From the NCBI GenBank assembly GCA_030770535.1, contig JASVEC010000125.1:1-44861 (forward strand): a stretch of 44,861 bases of DNA, in the 5' to 3' direction. Origin of the DNA: Batkoa obscura. Taxonomy: Eukaryota. Position numbers and translations under genes: made by a program. Positions 13,224 through 25,703 of the stretch are shown here, piece after piece. The notes beneath the pieces are model-generated. The model was not told the DNA's origin. It made no database searches and saw only the letters and a program-made list of their open reading frames with translations. Each line of letters starts with the position of its first letter. The first letter of the stretch is position 1.

Positions 13224-13878
13224 TTTGATTAAAGAAAGGTGCTTTGTTTATTAATAAAAAGATACACAAAGGGAGGGGGAAAGAAATGGATTTTAGTTTT
13301 GATATTTCCCTTTTTAAGGGATTTTTTTAATTCATTTTTTTAGCTAATCTAATTTGTTCCTCATTTTTTCTATGGGATAAAAAGTTTGAGGGAAAGAGTT
13401 TAATTGGTAAATTAGAAATAAGTAAGAATAATCGAAGTATTATAGTAGGAGCATTTGGTTCATGCAGGTTTGAGTATAGCTATAGATTTCAATTGGTTTA
13501 AGGACAATACGCATTGATTTATTTTGATATTATGTATTCTCCTTTTATATTAATGCTTTTTTGTTAGGACAAATTTTTACCAAGATCACATCTAAATTAT
13601 TGATGTTGAAAAACTGAACAACATTCAAACTAACTTAAATTATTATCACTGTTCCTAAACAATTGTTTATTTTTATTTAAGCTTTATATTCTATCATAGG
13701 TAAGCAAAAGAATACAAGTTATTTTATTTGTAGTCTACGTTGAGGATTTTCTATTGATAATAAAATAAGAGTTATAAAGCCTGTATTTGTTATTTATACT
13801 TATTTAAAAAAGAATGAACTTTGGCTTATTTTTTTGAAACTTCTGGTTATTTTTTAATTAATACTAAATATTAGATAT

Positions 13879-13974
13879 GGGGGTGTTTTTTTTGACTTCA
13901 TTATTTTTTCCATTTTAAGCACTATTTAAGCGGAAAATTCGTTAGTAAAATTCTTAATACAAAAATACATCCCC
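13879..13974 (+). mobile_element. 98-bp MITE
   Basis: GGGGGTG...CATCCCC; TSD ATAT. Confidence 0.88.
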
Positions 13975-14394
13975 ATATTCTTGCTTAAAATGTCGCAAAA
14001 TTTGATTTAAAAAAAGTGGTATTATTAGTTAATAGCAATTTAGCTTTTTAAAATTTTAAATAAAGACTTAATTTTTAATAACTTATAATCAAAATAAATA
14101 TTAATGGTTTTTTTTATAGGAACCAAAAATAAATATTGATTGTTTTTAATTTAAATTATGCTTTTTGGATTAGAATTTTAATTTTTTTAAAAGCTAGCAA
14201 TAACTTTCCAAAAAGCAACTTCTACTGCTGTAGCCTGCAACCATTGCAATAAAAAATCCCGGGAAATTCGGCACACATTAGGCAAAAGTACCTAATAAAG
14301 CTATATATATCAAAAAGTATAGTTTTATATGAGCGATTAAATAAAATTTTAAATTTAACTTAACATTAAATTTCAATTCTATGTTCTAATATAT

Positions 14395-14489
14395 GGGGAT
14401 GTATTTTTTCATTTAAGAATTTTATTAATTTTTCTGGTCAAATAGCGCTTAAAAGATGGAAAAAGTAATGAAGCCAAAAAAATACCCGC
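14395..14489 (-). mobile_element. 98-bp MITE
   Basis: TSD ATAT. Confidence 0.85.
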
Positions 14490-14674
14490 ATATGATAAGC
14501 TGTAAACCATATAAAACAAACAAAATAGAAAATATTACTATAAATTTTACATAAAGATACTAATGAAACTTAATAGTTTTATTAAAAAGTATAATACCAA
14601 GGAATAATCTACCATAAAGCTTTAAGTTATTGCATTTAAAAATTATATTTTAAATAATCATATACATAGAATAT

Positions 14675-14773
14675 GGGGATGTATTTTTACATTTAAGAAT
14701 TTTACTGGCAAATTCTCCGCTTAAAAAGCATTTAAAAAATGGAAAAAATAATGAAGTCAAAAAAGACACTCCC
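14675..14773 (-). mobile_element. 98-bp MITE
   Basis: Flanks ATAT/GTAT. Confidence 0.85.
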
Positions 14774-14899
14774 GTATGTTATAGCCAAATTAACTATAAA
14801 ACTGTAATTAATTTTATAAACAATTTAAGTAGCTGTTATATTATGATCAACTATAAAGCTGATAAAGCAGCTTTTTACATTTTTGCTAAATATATAAAG

Positions 14900-15335
14900 T
14901 GTGAAATATCGCTTTGCCAGTCCCATGATTAATTATAGTATAATAATCCCCTAAGCTGTTGTGTTCGAGTTCAGAGAAAATTAATCCCACGTTCTTAGTT
15001 TGATTTGCTATGAGAATTTCTAGCTCCATCCCAAACAATGTTATCTTCTCGTTTTGATATACTTTTCAGAGTATAAAAGAGTTTACAGAGTATAGTAGTT
15101 CGAGGCTTTTTAACTGAATTATTCCCTGATATCTCGTACATTTAATAAAGTCACTAAGTTTACTTATTAGTATTGTCTATTCTATTTGTTTTGTATGGTC
15201 TGTAGTCTATCACGTGCTATTCTTCATAATCCAAGCCTATTTTAGTCACATAAACTAAGACCTTTCAACTTATAGTGTAGTCAACCAAGTAATAGCTGTT
15301 TTTGACTCCCAAACACTGAGTACCAAGATTTCACA
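14900..15335 (+). mobile_element. Solo LTR (436 bp)
   Basis: TGTGAAAT...ATTTCACA terminal IR, 4-bp TSD AAAG, internal TATAAAA and AATAAA; second copy at 29305. Confidence 0.8.
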
Positions 15336-15441
15336 AAAGCTACTAATTGAAAATTTAATTTTTACTATAAATTATAATTTGATAAATATAAAAGCGTTTA
15401 GTTTATTTTTTAATTTATACTTAAAACTAATATTAATATAT

Positions 15442-15539
15442 AGGAGTGTTCTTTTAGCTTTATCACTTTTTCTATTTTTTAAGCATTATTTAGGTAAAAG
15501 AACTATTAACAAAATTCCTAAACATAAAAATACAACCTT
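15442..15539 (+). mobile_element. 98-bp MITE, decayed
   Basis: Family match. Confidence 0.7.
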
Positions 15540-15606
15540 GTATAAAAATATCTGAGTTTATTTAAAAATTAATTTAAACTTTAAGTTTACAAATTTTTGA
15601 TGTATG

Positions 15607-15779
15607 GGGGGATTGTCCGAATTGGTTCAGAATTTACTTAGAAGTTAATCCAAGTTTTATATTTTTAAATTTGTGTCTAATATAACGGATTAAATCCAAA
15701 AAGCCTAAATTAAATCTCTTTATTTAAAACTTATTTTAGTTGTTTCCTTTTTTTAGATAGCTAATTTTCTTAACCATAT
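15607..15779 (+). mobile_element. Left-end fragment of the Sola-like element
   Basis: GGGGATTGTCCGAATTGGTTCAGAATTTACTTAG... to TAACCATAT. Confidence 0.8.
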
Positions 15780-15969
15780 AGGGTTGTCTCTGAATTAGTT
15801 TCATTATTTTATCCAATTTTTAAAAAAATTTGTATTTCAAAAACTTCGCTTGAAATTCTATAAAATCATATCTTTTATTAAAACAAAAGTACCCAGACAC
15901 AATTCTAAATCATTTTATTGTAGTTTATACTGTAATTTAGCTGAATTTTACTAGACCTTAAATACATAT

Positions 15970-16069
15970 GGAGAGGTATTTTTGTATTTAAGAATTTTAC
16001 TAACAATTTTTCCACTCAAACAATGTTTAAAAAAATGAAAAAGTAATGAACCCAAAAAAAACATCCCCC
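15970..16069 (-). mobile_element. 98-bp MITE nested in element right arm
   Basis: Family match. Confidence 0.85.
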
Positions 16070-16255
16070 GTATTCTTATAAAACTTTATTGAGAAATATT
16101 TTATCAACTGATTTATAATCAATATTACAGATTTGTTATCAAATAAATAAACCATTTTAATGTTATAATTACATTATTAATATATTGCCAAGTTAATAAA
16201 TAGCTGCATGGGAGGGAGTGGTTAGCCCAAAAACTATAATTAACCATCCCTATAT

Positions 16256-16353
16256 GGGGCTGTTTTTTTTAGTTTCATTATTTTTCCATTTTTTAAGCGC
16301 TATTTATGTGGAAAAATTGTCAGTAAAATTCTTAAATACAAAAATACATCCCC
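16256..16353 (+). mobile_element. 98-bp MITE (TATGTGG variant)
   Basis: TSD ATAT; matches 34044 copy. Confidence 0.9.
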
Positions 16354-16955
16354 ATATAGTACAAGTAATAATAGTATTTACATATTATTACAGTTACTTG
16401 TTCTTTGACTATTTATTAACTTAGCTATTAATAACTTAAGTAATCCTAACATTTAACAATCTATTTCTATCATTCAACAAACTACTCACTTGCTTAGTAA
16501 ATATTGAAATTTTGAAATTCTCTGTTATCTTCGTAGGGTAAGCTGGGATCGATCTTTTAATTTTTCTGTTTTCTATAGACCTTATAGCTTTGATTATAAT
16601 ATATCACTTTTTTGATATATCAGATACTGGATAACAATATAGCTTATTATTATGTTTAATAACATGTAAATACTTCTTAATGCCCTGCATCTTTATTATC
16701 CTTTTTGTGCTTTTGTTTCTTTTATACTTTTTAAAAATTATATCTGTTTTCCCATTATTAACAGTCAAGTTATTAATTTTATTATGCTCACAAATAAAAG
16801 CCTCAAATCTTGAAACTAATCAATTGATATCTTCTATTTTACCTAACGCTTCAAAACTACTTTTCCATTTTGAAAGGTTTCCAATATGTCCATCAACTAT
16901 ACTTTTTCCATGATGCTCAGCAAAAAAATTAAGATTAACATTCAAACTACTATTT

Positions 16956-17053
16956 GGGGATGTATTTTTGTATTTAAGAATTTTACTGACAATTTTTCCA
17001 CATAAATAGCGCTTAAAAAATGGAAAAATAATGAAACTAAAAAAAACAGCCCC
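16956..17053 (-). mobile_element. 98-bp MITE (TATGTGG variant) with chimeric flanks
   Basis: rc of 16256 copy; flanks come from two different insertion sites. Confidence 0.9.
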
Positions 17054-17237
17054 ATATAGGGATGGTTAATTATAGTTTTTGGGCTAACCACTCCCTCCCA
17101 TGCAGCTATTTATTAACTTGGCAATATATTAATAATGTAATTATAACATTAAAATGGTTTATTTATTTGATAACAAATCTGTAATATTGATTATAAATCA
17201 GTTGATAAAATATTTCTCAATAAAGTTTTAAGAATAC

Positions 17238-17334
17238 GGGGGATGTTTTTTTTGGGTTCATTACTTTTTCATCTTTTAAACACAGTTGAGCCGAAAAATC
17301 GTTAGTAGAACTCTTAAACACAAAATACATTCCC
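17238..17334 (+). mobile_element. 98-bp MITE
   Basis: First ~35 bp equal rc of the 15970 copy, then diverges. Confidence 0.82.
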
Positions 17335-20300
17335 TCAATGTGTTTAAAAAATATATATCGTCTAAAATTAAACTCTTTTATTAGAAAATAGATAATTCAT
17401 AATATAAAATTCTATAGATTAACTATAAAAGTATAGTTAATAACAAAACAATTTAATGAAATGAGGTAGTATCTAAGGTAAATATCAAATATCTACATAT
17501 CTAATCAATCAATAACAATTTTTTAATTATTAGGATGGGATTTGAAGTTTTTTATATTAAACTATTACTAATATCATCATCATTTGTTTGATCAATTTTC
17601 TGCTTTTTATTTTGCTTAAAAATAACTATACCACTTTTATCAATCTAAAAAAGCGATAAGACTATAGTATAGAAGGGGATTAATTGAAGCAATCTGAGTA
17701 TCATTTGTAGCTTTTATAGCTAGCTCTACTAAAGTATTTCAGCTTTTCCCTCTTGCAATTCTCCATAAAGTTTCTAATCCTCGTACAACAATTCTTATAA
17801 CTCTAGAACTGGCTATTTTCTCAAATTTAATTTCACTTTGAGTTGAATCTGAACCTTTTTTAGCTACTTTCACCAAAATGAAGCTTATTACATACCACCG
17901 CCTCCTTTATATAGCCTTCATCAGCTAATAAAGTCAGTTCATTGTTTTTATTTTGAGATTACTTTTTAGTAAAAAAATCTTTAATAATTAACCATATATC
18001 CCAATAAGAATTAAGAATTATAGCCATGTAATTTGATTCATATTAATATCACTGCGTTAAATACTTGAACCATTAGAAAAGTAAGTAAAACTACTATCTC
18101 TTTTTGCACAATAGATTTATTTAGCGTTTCTCTGAGAGAACCTTTTAAATCTTTCACTAAAGCTATCTAACATATCTTGAAACATCCTAAGCTAAGCAAT
18201 CAAAACACTTGGGGGATCCCCCTCGGGGAAATTGTCAAAATCCATCTTTAGTTACATTCTACTTGGTTTCTATTTTCTTAACTTTGTTACAACTATTTTT
18301 TCCACATTTTGGTAACAATCATTTTTTTCAATTTTATAATGCGAAAGGAGAAAGGCATCGAAAGTTAAGAGATAATCTGTTATATCTTTCACAACTTATC
18401 AAGAAGCATAAAAAGTCCAAAGAATCCTTTATTATTACCCACACCTAAGAGGGAGGCGGTTTTTTTCTGTTTTCTTTTATTTTTTTAAACCACTCTTTTC
18501 CTCCCTCTCCCCCCTTGCTTTATCCAAAATTTGGAAAAACAACTGAACTCTTTTTTATTGAAGTTTCAAGTGAATAAATACTAAACATCAGGATTATAAT
18601 AATTTAACTGGGAGAACCCTTATCAGAGGGATCAATTAATTAGCTCATAAATATCTAGATATCATCAGAATTAAAGTTAGGCTCCAATTTCCTTCAAGAA
18701 TCTATGTAAAATGTCTTTTTTTGGGCTTGGCTTTGGTTTGTCATTTTTTATAATTATGAAGTAATAGTACACTTATATGTAAATTTAATTGGGGTTGTTA
18801 AATAAAAATCAATGATTAAAAATTTGTCGATTAGTGTGATAAACAAACAATCTCTAAGCTAAGCAAAAGAGCAGTTTAACATCTTACCACTAATACTGGT
18901 ACTATTTCTCAGTTAGAGCCTTAAAACTATAAAGTAGCTTGGTTTCACTGTAATTTCTCAAAATCCCCCCTATTCAAAAAAACCAGCAAAATAGAATTAC
19001 CCTAATTCATAAGTCAGAGTCTCCCGCTTCCTATTGTTGAGACTAATCTTGCTTTTACACATACATAAAAGGAATTACTATAAAAAAAGCTCGGAAGCTA
19101 TTAAAAATCACAGAGTGCCCTTATTATTACAAAACTTAAAGAGCATGGATTACATTTTAAAGATAACCTCCATGGTATTTCAATCCAACCCTTCATTCTT
19201 TCTAAATAAAAGTATTTAATTCATAAAAAATAAAAAATTAACTCTATAATGTTTCTGAAGATAACGACGGTGAAGACAACTCTGATTTTAAAGATGACAA
19301 TAGTGAATCGATAGGGTCTGAGTGTAAAATAACCAAACAAATAACGAGGTTTCACTAAATTAAAAATGATTATAGATATATTCTAATAAGATTTTGAATA
19401 ACCAATATTAGTTTGATTTATACACTTATTTTGATTCCAAATAAAAGTAACTTAATTAACTGAAGATGATAGATAGTCCAGGAATTAATCCTAAAATAAA
19501 CGGATATTGTAAAATTCGACATTAAAATAATAAAAGCAAAACATAATTTTATACCAAATGTTATTAAAAAGTAAAAATGTGCTTTTAGCTTAATAGAAAC
19601 AATATCTAAAATTTGCAGATAAAATATGGATTGAGAAAACGTAATTCATATCTTTATTTTATACCTTAACTTAAAGGATATATATAGCTATTATTTTATA
19701 AACGTTGGGAGTGACAAGATAATTTCAAAAACCTCCACTCCTCTCTATTTTAAACTGTTATTTAGTCCATAAGCTTTAATTTAAACTCAAAATCTCTATA
19801 TATTTGGTTGGTTTGTACTTGCATCAAATTAATTAATTATGAAGCTTCCACAGAATGTTTGTTATCAAAAAACCAAGGTATAAATTATTTGGAAGTTTAA
19901 TTACAACTTATAAGCATATTTCGAATCAACTTTTACTGCTGGAAACTTCAACCAATCCAATCCTACAATCAAATATGTGGATAATACACAAAGCAATATA
20001 ATCAAGCAAATAAATGAAAGAAAGGGAAAATTTTGTAAACCCCATTATTGCTAATTACAACTTTTGTAGCTTTAGGAGTTTGTACATGATAGAGTTGTAC
20101 ATGCCTGTAAATCATACTATAGCTATACCACAATTGATTGAACATTGGTGTGTCTAGCAATTTTAAGCCAGTTATTTGTAAAGCTAGAATTGATGAAAAT
20201 GGTAGATCCTTCTTTTCAAATCATAAGATATTGATAATATCTATCTTATATGCTTTGAATCTACCCATCATGGGATTAATTTCAAATCAAAATTTAGCAA

Positions 20301-20510
20301 GATTCTCAAAAGAGTTACAAAATATAAAGAATTGGCTGAGAAAATTTTCAATGCTAAGTTCAAGGATATAAATGATAAAATATGAAATTGTCATAATCCA
20401 GCTTGGGAGTGCTTTTAAATACAATTATGGAGGAAAATAGTAATCAATACAATAAATAAAACAAATCAACAAAACGCAAAAAACAAAAAGGTCACAAAAG
20501 GAGATCATAT

Positions 20511-20577
20511 GAGGAAAATGGTTCAAATTATTAAAAAATTAAAAAATAGAAAAAGTTATGAAACCAAAAACATTCCC
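20511..20577 (-). mobile_element. MITE fragment
   Basis: ..ATGAAACCAAAAACATTCCC ATAT. Confidence 0.5.
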
Positions 20578-21169
20578 ATATATATTCCCATGGATATACA
20601 AAATTTTTGATCAATATTGTTTTACAATGGAATAGAAAAATGTATTAATTTTAAAAAATATAGTTAAAACTAAAACTAAACCAAATAAATCATAAGGTTA
20701 AGATGGTCAGATCAGGTGCAAGAAAACTAGCTTTTAAGTACACGTATTCTATAGATTTTAGTAGAATATATTCCAGCGGAATTCTTCACTTCAAAGAAAA
20801 TCTTCTATATTAAGAATTTTGTGAAAACAAGTTATGGAATTAGTTACTGCGAAATCCCAATTACAATAAATGAAATTTATAAACTAGTTTTGAAATTGTG
20901 TGGTTATAAATCCAATTAAAATCCAGACACGAAATATCGGTTTTAATAACATTATGAAAGAAATTAGACAAGCCGAAATGATTACTTCAAAGTTGCCCAA
21001 ATAAAAAAAGCACCTAACTAATGCTTTATTAAATATAGTTTTAACTTTAAGCAATATAATAAAACTAGTATCTCTACAAATCCAAATCCCAATTTATAAA
21101 ATTAGAAATCACATAACATGATCCAAAATAAAGATCGGTGTGATTTATTAAAATTTAATTTTAGACATT

Positions 21170-21284
21170 TGGATGTATTTTTTGCTCAGGATTCTTAACA
21201 ATTTTTTCACTTAAATAGGACAAGAGAATAATAGCACCTAAAAATAAAAAATGGAAAAAATAATGAAGTCAAAAAAACATGCCC
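21170..21284 (-). mobile_element. MITE, decayed with insertion
   Basis: GGATGTATTTTTTG...ATGAAGTCAAAAAAACATGCCC. Confidence 0.65.
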
Positions 21285-21887
21285 ACACACAGAAAATATA
21301 GTTAAACTTTCTATAGTCACATAGTTACACCTACCAATAAATATATCCCTATCATGTAGGATTGTAGCAGGTGGGATCTACTATCTCTATTCGTTATGAA
21401 TTATCTTATTGGCCTATTGTTGACTAAGTTAAAAGTATAGAAGATACAAAATAAACTCAACTTTAATGATCTGTTTAGCAGCGGCTGGATGGACAACATA
21501 GTGATAGTACTGATTCTTAAAACTGTAAAAGACACTATTGGAAATAATTTCCAAAGAAACTGAAGGGTTTTTTACAGGAAATATGAAATATGAATCTAAT
21601 TCTCAATTGTGAAAGTTATTTTGACATCACAAACATTTCAACTAAAGATATTAATAGGCAATTGGGAAGATACCTTACCCGATTTCAATAAATGAAATTA
21701 GTCTCAATAATTTAGCATTCAAAGAAAAAAATTCCCAAGTATATAAATATAGATCGTACCTAGGATATATAATATAAGTTTTGTAGACAAAGAATTTGAT
21801 CTTCAAATGGTTAAATGTTTATTCAACCAAATCTATATCCAAAACTCAAATTTACCACTTTCAATAATATTATAAAACCAAGATAAA

Positions 21888-23136
21888 AGGGTCGTCCAAA
21901 TTGGTTTCAGAATTTACTTAGAAATTAACCCAAATTTAAAATTTCAAGTTTGTGTCCAATATAACGGTTAAATCTAAAAAGCCTAAAATTAAATATCTCT
22001 ATTTAAAACTTATTTTAATTGTTTCCTTTTCTTAAATAGCTAATTTTCCTAACTATATATTTTATGTTAGTTCTGTTAGATATTTAACAGATATATAATT
22101 ATATAAATACAGTTATTTGGCTTTATTTTTTGTTGGAATAGAAATAAAAATAAAATGCAAACTTTCATAACTAACTTCGAAATGGAATTTTTGAAAATTT
22201 CAATACAGTAGGGGGAGTACACAATATAAACATTGTAATTCATTTACATCAATTTGAGAGCTACTTATAACAACCCAAGGTTTATGGAATTTTATAATAA
22301 AACAAAACAAAGAAAAGATATATTATCAAAGTTTACTATCGATAATAATAAACAATCAAGTAATGTATAAAATTAGTGCTTTAAGGGAAACAGGAAATAA
22401 GAATCAACGAGTAGCGTTATTATCAACTATAGCTTCAGTATATTCTTTTGATGAATGTAAGAGTTTTGAGTTTAATATAAATAGAAATCAATATGATTAT
22501 TCAAAAACAAGTAATAATAATAAAATATCAACATTAAAACCTATTATTAAAAATACAAAAAGAATAATAGAGATGCAAGGCATTAAGAAGTATTTACACT
22601 TTATTAAACATAACAATAAACTACATTGTTATCCAGTATCTGATAGAAATAGATTATTAAATGTAAGATTGATTACCTAAGTTATTAATAGCCAAGTTAA
22701 TAAATAGTCAAAGAACAAGTAATTGTAATAATATGTAAAACTTATTATTATATTATTTGTACTATATAAGGATGGTTAATTATAGTTTTTGGGCTAACCA
22801 CTCCCTCCCATGCAGCTATTTATTAACTTGGCAATATATTAATAATGTAATTATAACATTAAAATAGCTTATTTATTTGATAATAAATCTACAATGTTGG
22901 TTATAAAGCAGTTGATAATAAATATTTCTCAATTAAGCTTTATAAGAACATGTATTTAAGATCTAGTAGAAATTCAACTAACTTACAGTATGAGCTATGA
23001 TAGAATGATTTAGAACTGTGTTTGGGTACTTTTGTTTTAATAAAAAAGTTGATTTTATAGAATTTTAAGCGAAGTTTTTAAAATACAAAATTTTTCAAAA
23101 ATTGGATAAAATAATGAAACTAATTCAGACAACCCC
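21888..23136 (+). mobile_element. Non-autonomous ~1.25-kb deletion derivative
   Basis: Both TIRs present; 105-aa ORF 22363-22680 fuses transposase N- and C-terminal pieces. Confidence 0.88.
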
Positions 23137-23591
23137 ATATTGTAGTTAAAATATTCAATTTTGGTAAGGGTCAAATATAATCTTTTGTTTTATAAGCAGC
23201 TTATGTATTATTTGGTGTATTCCTTAGAAGGTTGTTTGAGCATTTTTTAGCGTAATTATAAAAGTATAGCTCAAAAAAAGCTGTTTGTATTTATTTAATC
23301 TTAAATTAAATTTTGTTTAACTGATAATAAGCTCAATAACAAAAACAAAAGCAAAATTGAAACATCATAATAAAAACCTAATCAAATTAAAAAACGATAA
23401 TTAAATTTGAATAAACATATTTAATATTATTATTACAGATAAAAACAATGGACAAAATAAATACTGTTAAAGTTTTGTAGTTGTTTTAGTATAATCAATG
23501 AATGTATAGGTGAAGTTGTATTAGCTATCAAATATTTTTAAAATGGACCCCATACTGAAAATAGCTAAAATCAAAAAGGATTTTATTATAT

Positions 23592-23689
23592 GGGGCTGTT
23601 TTTTTTAGTTTCATTATTTTTCCATTTTTTAAGCGCTATTTATGTGGAAAAATTGTCAATAAAATTCTTAAATACAAAAATACATCCCC
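23592..23689 (+). mobile_element. 98-bp MITE (TATGTGG variant)
   Basis: TSD ATAT; one difference seen from 16256 copy. Confidence 0.9.
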
Positions 23690-24320
23690 ATATCCCAGTT
23701 TATGGTATTTCACAAATTATTAAAGTTTTATTAAATGGTTTTTCTAATATTAGGTATTAAAATAATAAAATCAAAGTCATTAATATTATGATGTTTATAA
23801 TTTGAGACTATTATTGGAAAATCTTCCATATTCAAATTTAAAGTAGATCTGTAATTTTGAAAATTCAAAATTTCCTTAAATTACAAATATTTTGTTTTTA
23901 CTTAATATTAATGGGGAGGGGAGGAGCGCTTTTTTAAAAATAAAAAAAGATAAAAAACAATAAAAGCAATTTAGTATACTAATGTACTTTTGTTTATTTT
24001 AAAATTTACATTTTGTGTAAAGCAAGAAATTCATCACACATTTTTAGTTAAAAAGTAATGTGAGATTTAACTTTTCAAAAGTTTATTTTCAAAATCCAAT
24101 TATTAATTAAACATTACTTTATTAATTGATTATAAATTATAGTTTTGAAGTAATTATATAATCTATATTACGAATATTTTATTTCAAGATTTCTATTATT
24201 AAGATAGCTTTTTAAATATAAGCATAAACCGATAGTACTTTTTTTGAGCTTTATTGTTCCAGTATTAGCGATTTTATTTATATATATATTTGTAATTAAA
24301 AATAAATTATTTAGTATTTT

Positions 24321-24427
24321 GGGATGTTTTTTCTAGCTTCATTTTTTACATTTTTTAAGCACTATTTGTATTTAAGTGGAAAAAGATATTGTTAGGGAAA
24401 TCCTCAAACAAAAAAACACATCCCCCC
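24321..24427 (+). mobile_element. MITE, decayed
   Basis: Family match with small insertions. Confidence 0.75.
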
Positions 24428-24580
24428 ATTTTTTATTTTTAAATATAGTTGAGCATTTATATTTAAAATAAACGTGTTAATTAATGAATAATCTATTAAA
24501 TTATTTCTGTTGCTAATGTCTTTAAATCAAAATCAAATTTCATAAAAATGAAATATTGACTGAATTTCGTTAACTATAAC

Positions 24581-24678
24581 GGGGCTGTTTTTTTTGGCTT
24601 TCATTACTTTTCCCATTTTTTAAGCCACTATCTGAGTGGAAAATTTAGTAAAATTCTTAAACATAAAAATACATCCTC
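24581..24678 (+). mobile_element. 98-bp MITE
   Basis: GGGGCTG...CATCCTC. Confidence 0.85.
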
Positions 24679-25347
24679 ATATAGTTTACTTTGTTTGTAA
24701 TAGCCAACAAATAAACAATAGTTAGTTTTTATTAACAAAAGGCAGAGTACTGTACTACCTAAGAAATCAAGCTTAATGGTTATACAAAGAAACCAATTTT
24801 AGCTGTTTTAGTCCAATCGGTAATTTTTTGATTGAAAAAAACTTAGCATGAAAGTAACTAAAACATGAACTCACTTTTTCCATAAATAAGATAGTTTGGG
24901 AAGATTTGAGAAGTTTTCTAATTATGAAAAGCATCTTTAGTGCTCGCCATATTACCACTATTAATGGCAATTTTGAAATTTATGTGGATTTAGATAGATA
25001 ATACATAAAATAAAAATCCCTGTACCCCAGGGATTCTCAGATTAATATCTCAATAATACTAGTTTGTCAATCTTTAATCCTAATTTTTATTCATATATAT
25101 TTATCTAGTAGTGAAGAGATGGATATCTAAAAACAATTACAAAGCTCCCGAGTAAATGTAAATATCTTTTGTCCACATGGATGGATGATCAGTATAAAAC
25201 ATAAACATTCTCTTGTGAGATTGGTAAGTATTGAAGAATTACTATAATTGAATTATATTAATAACTTCATTGATATCAATATTTTGCAAATAGTGTAGGA
25301 TTTTATGTATGTTTTAAATTTGCCAATAAATAATTCAACTATAACAT

Positions 25348-25447
25348 GTGAAATATATTTTTGGGTTTAAGAATTTTACTAACAAAATTTCCGCTTAAAT
25401 GGTGCTTGAAAAATGGAAAATGTAATGAAGTAAAAAACACACACCCC
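25348..25447 (-). mobile_element. 98-bp MITE, decayed
   Basis: Family match. Confidence 0.75.
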
Positions 25448-25703
25448 ACCATGTTTGCTTTTAATCTTAAATTCTTTGCTTAATGCAATTTAATGAAGTG
25501 AAAAATTCCACACTATAAATACCAATTATATTTAACCGATTTATAATAAATATGACGTGATTTAGTATACTCACTTATTAAATGTTAATTCTAAGATACC
25601 GTGGTGTAGTTTTGGATGACAAGTTATATCACTTTGAATTGTTCTTAAAGAACAATTGTTTGTAAATCAAATATTTTAAACGTTGATCAATATAACAAGT
25701 TAT

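Larger units (their letters stand above)
15780..16955 (-). mobile_element. Right part of the Sola-like element, inverted, with two MITEs
   Basis: Right TIR rc at 15780; 16354-16955 is near-identical rc of 34142-34740. Confidence 0.85.
19840..21830 (+). pseudogene. Possible highly decayed Mutator-like transposase remnant
   Basis: With frameshifts, ~20130-20210 reads approximately ID*T-GVSSN..QLFVKL-IDENGR, like the MULE first-D region; ~21625-21690 TNIST..INRQL..YL. Weak. Confidence 0.25.

Noticed and set aside
14225..14280. CNHCNKK as a gag zinc knuckle
   Set aside because: Incomplete CCHC motif and no ORF context.
18209..18235. tRNA-Pro-like primer binding site
   Set aside because: Only TGGGGG matches; no paired LTR or gag-pol found.
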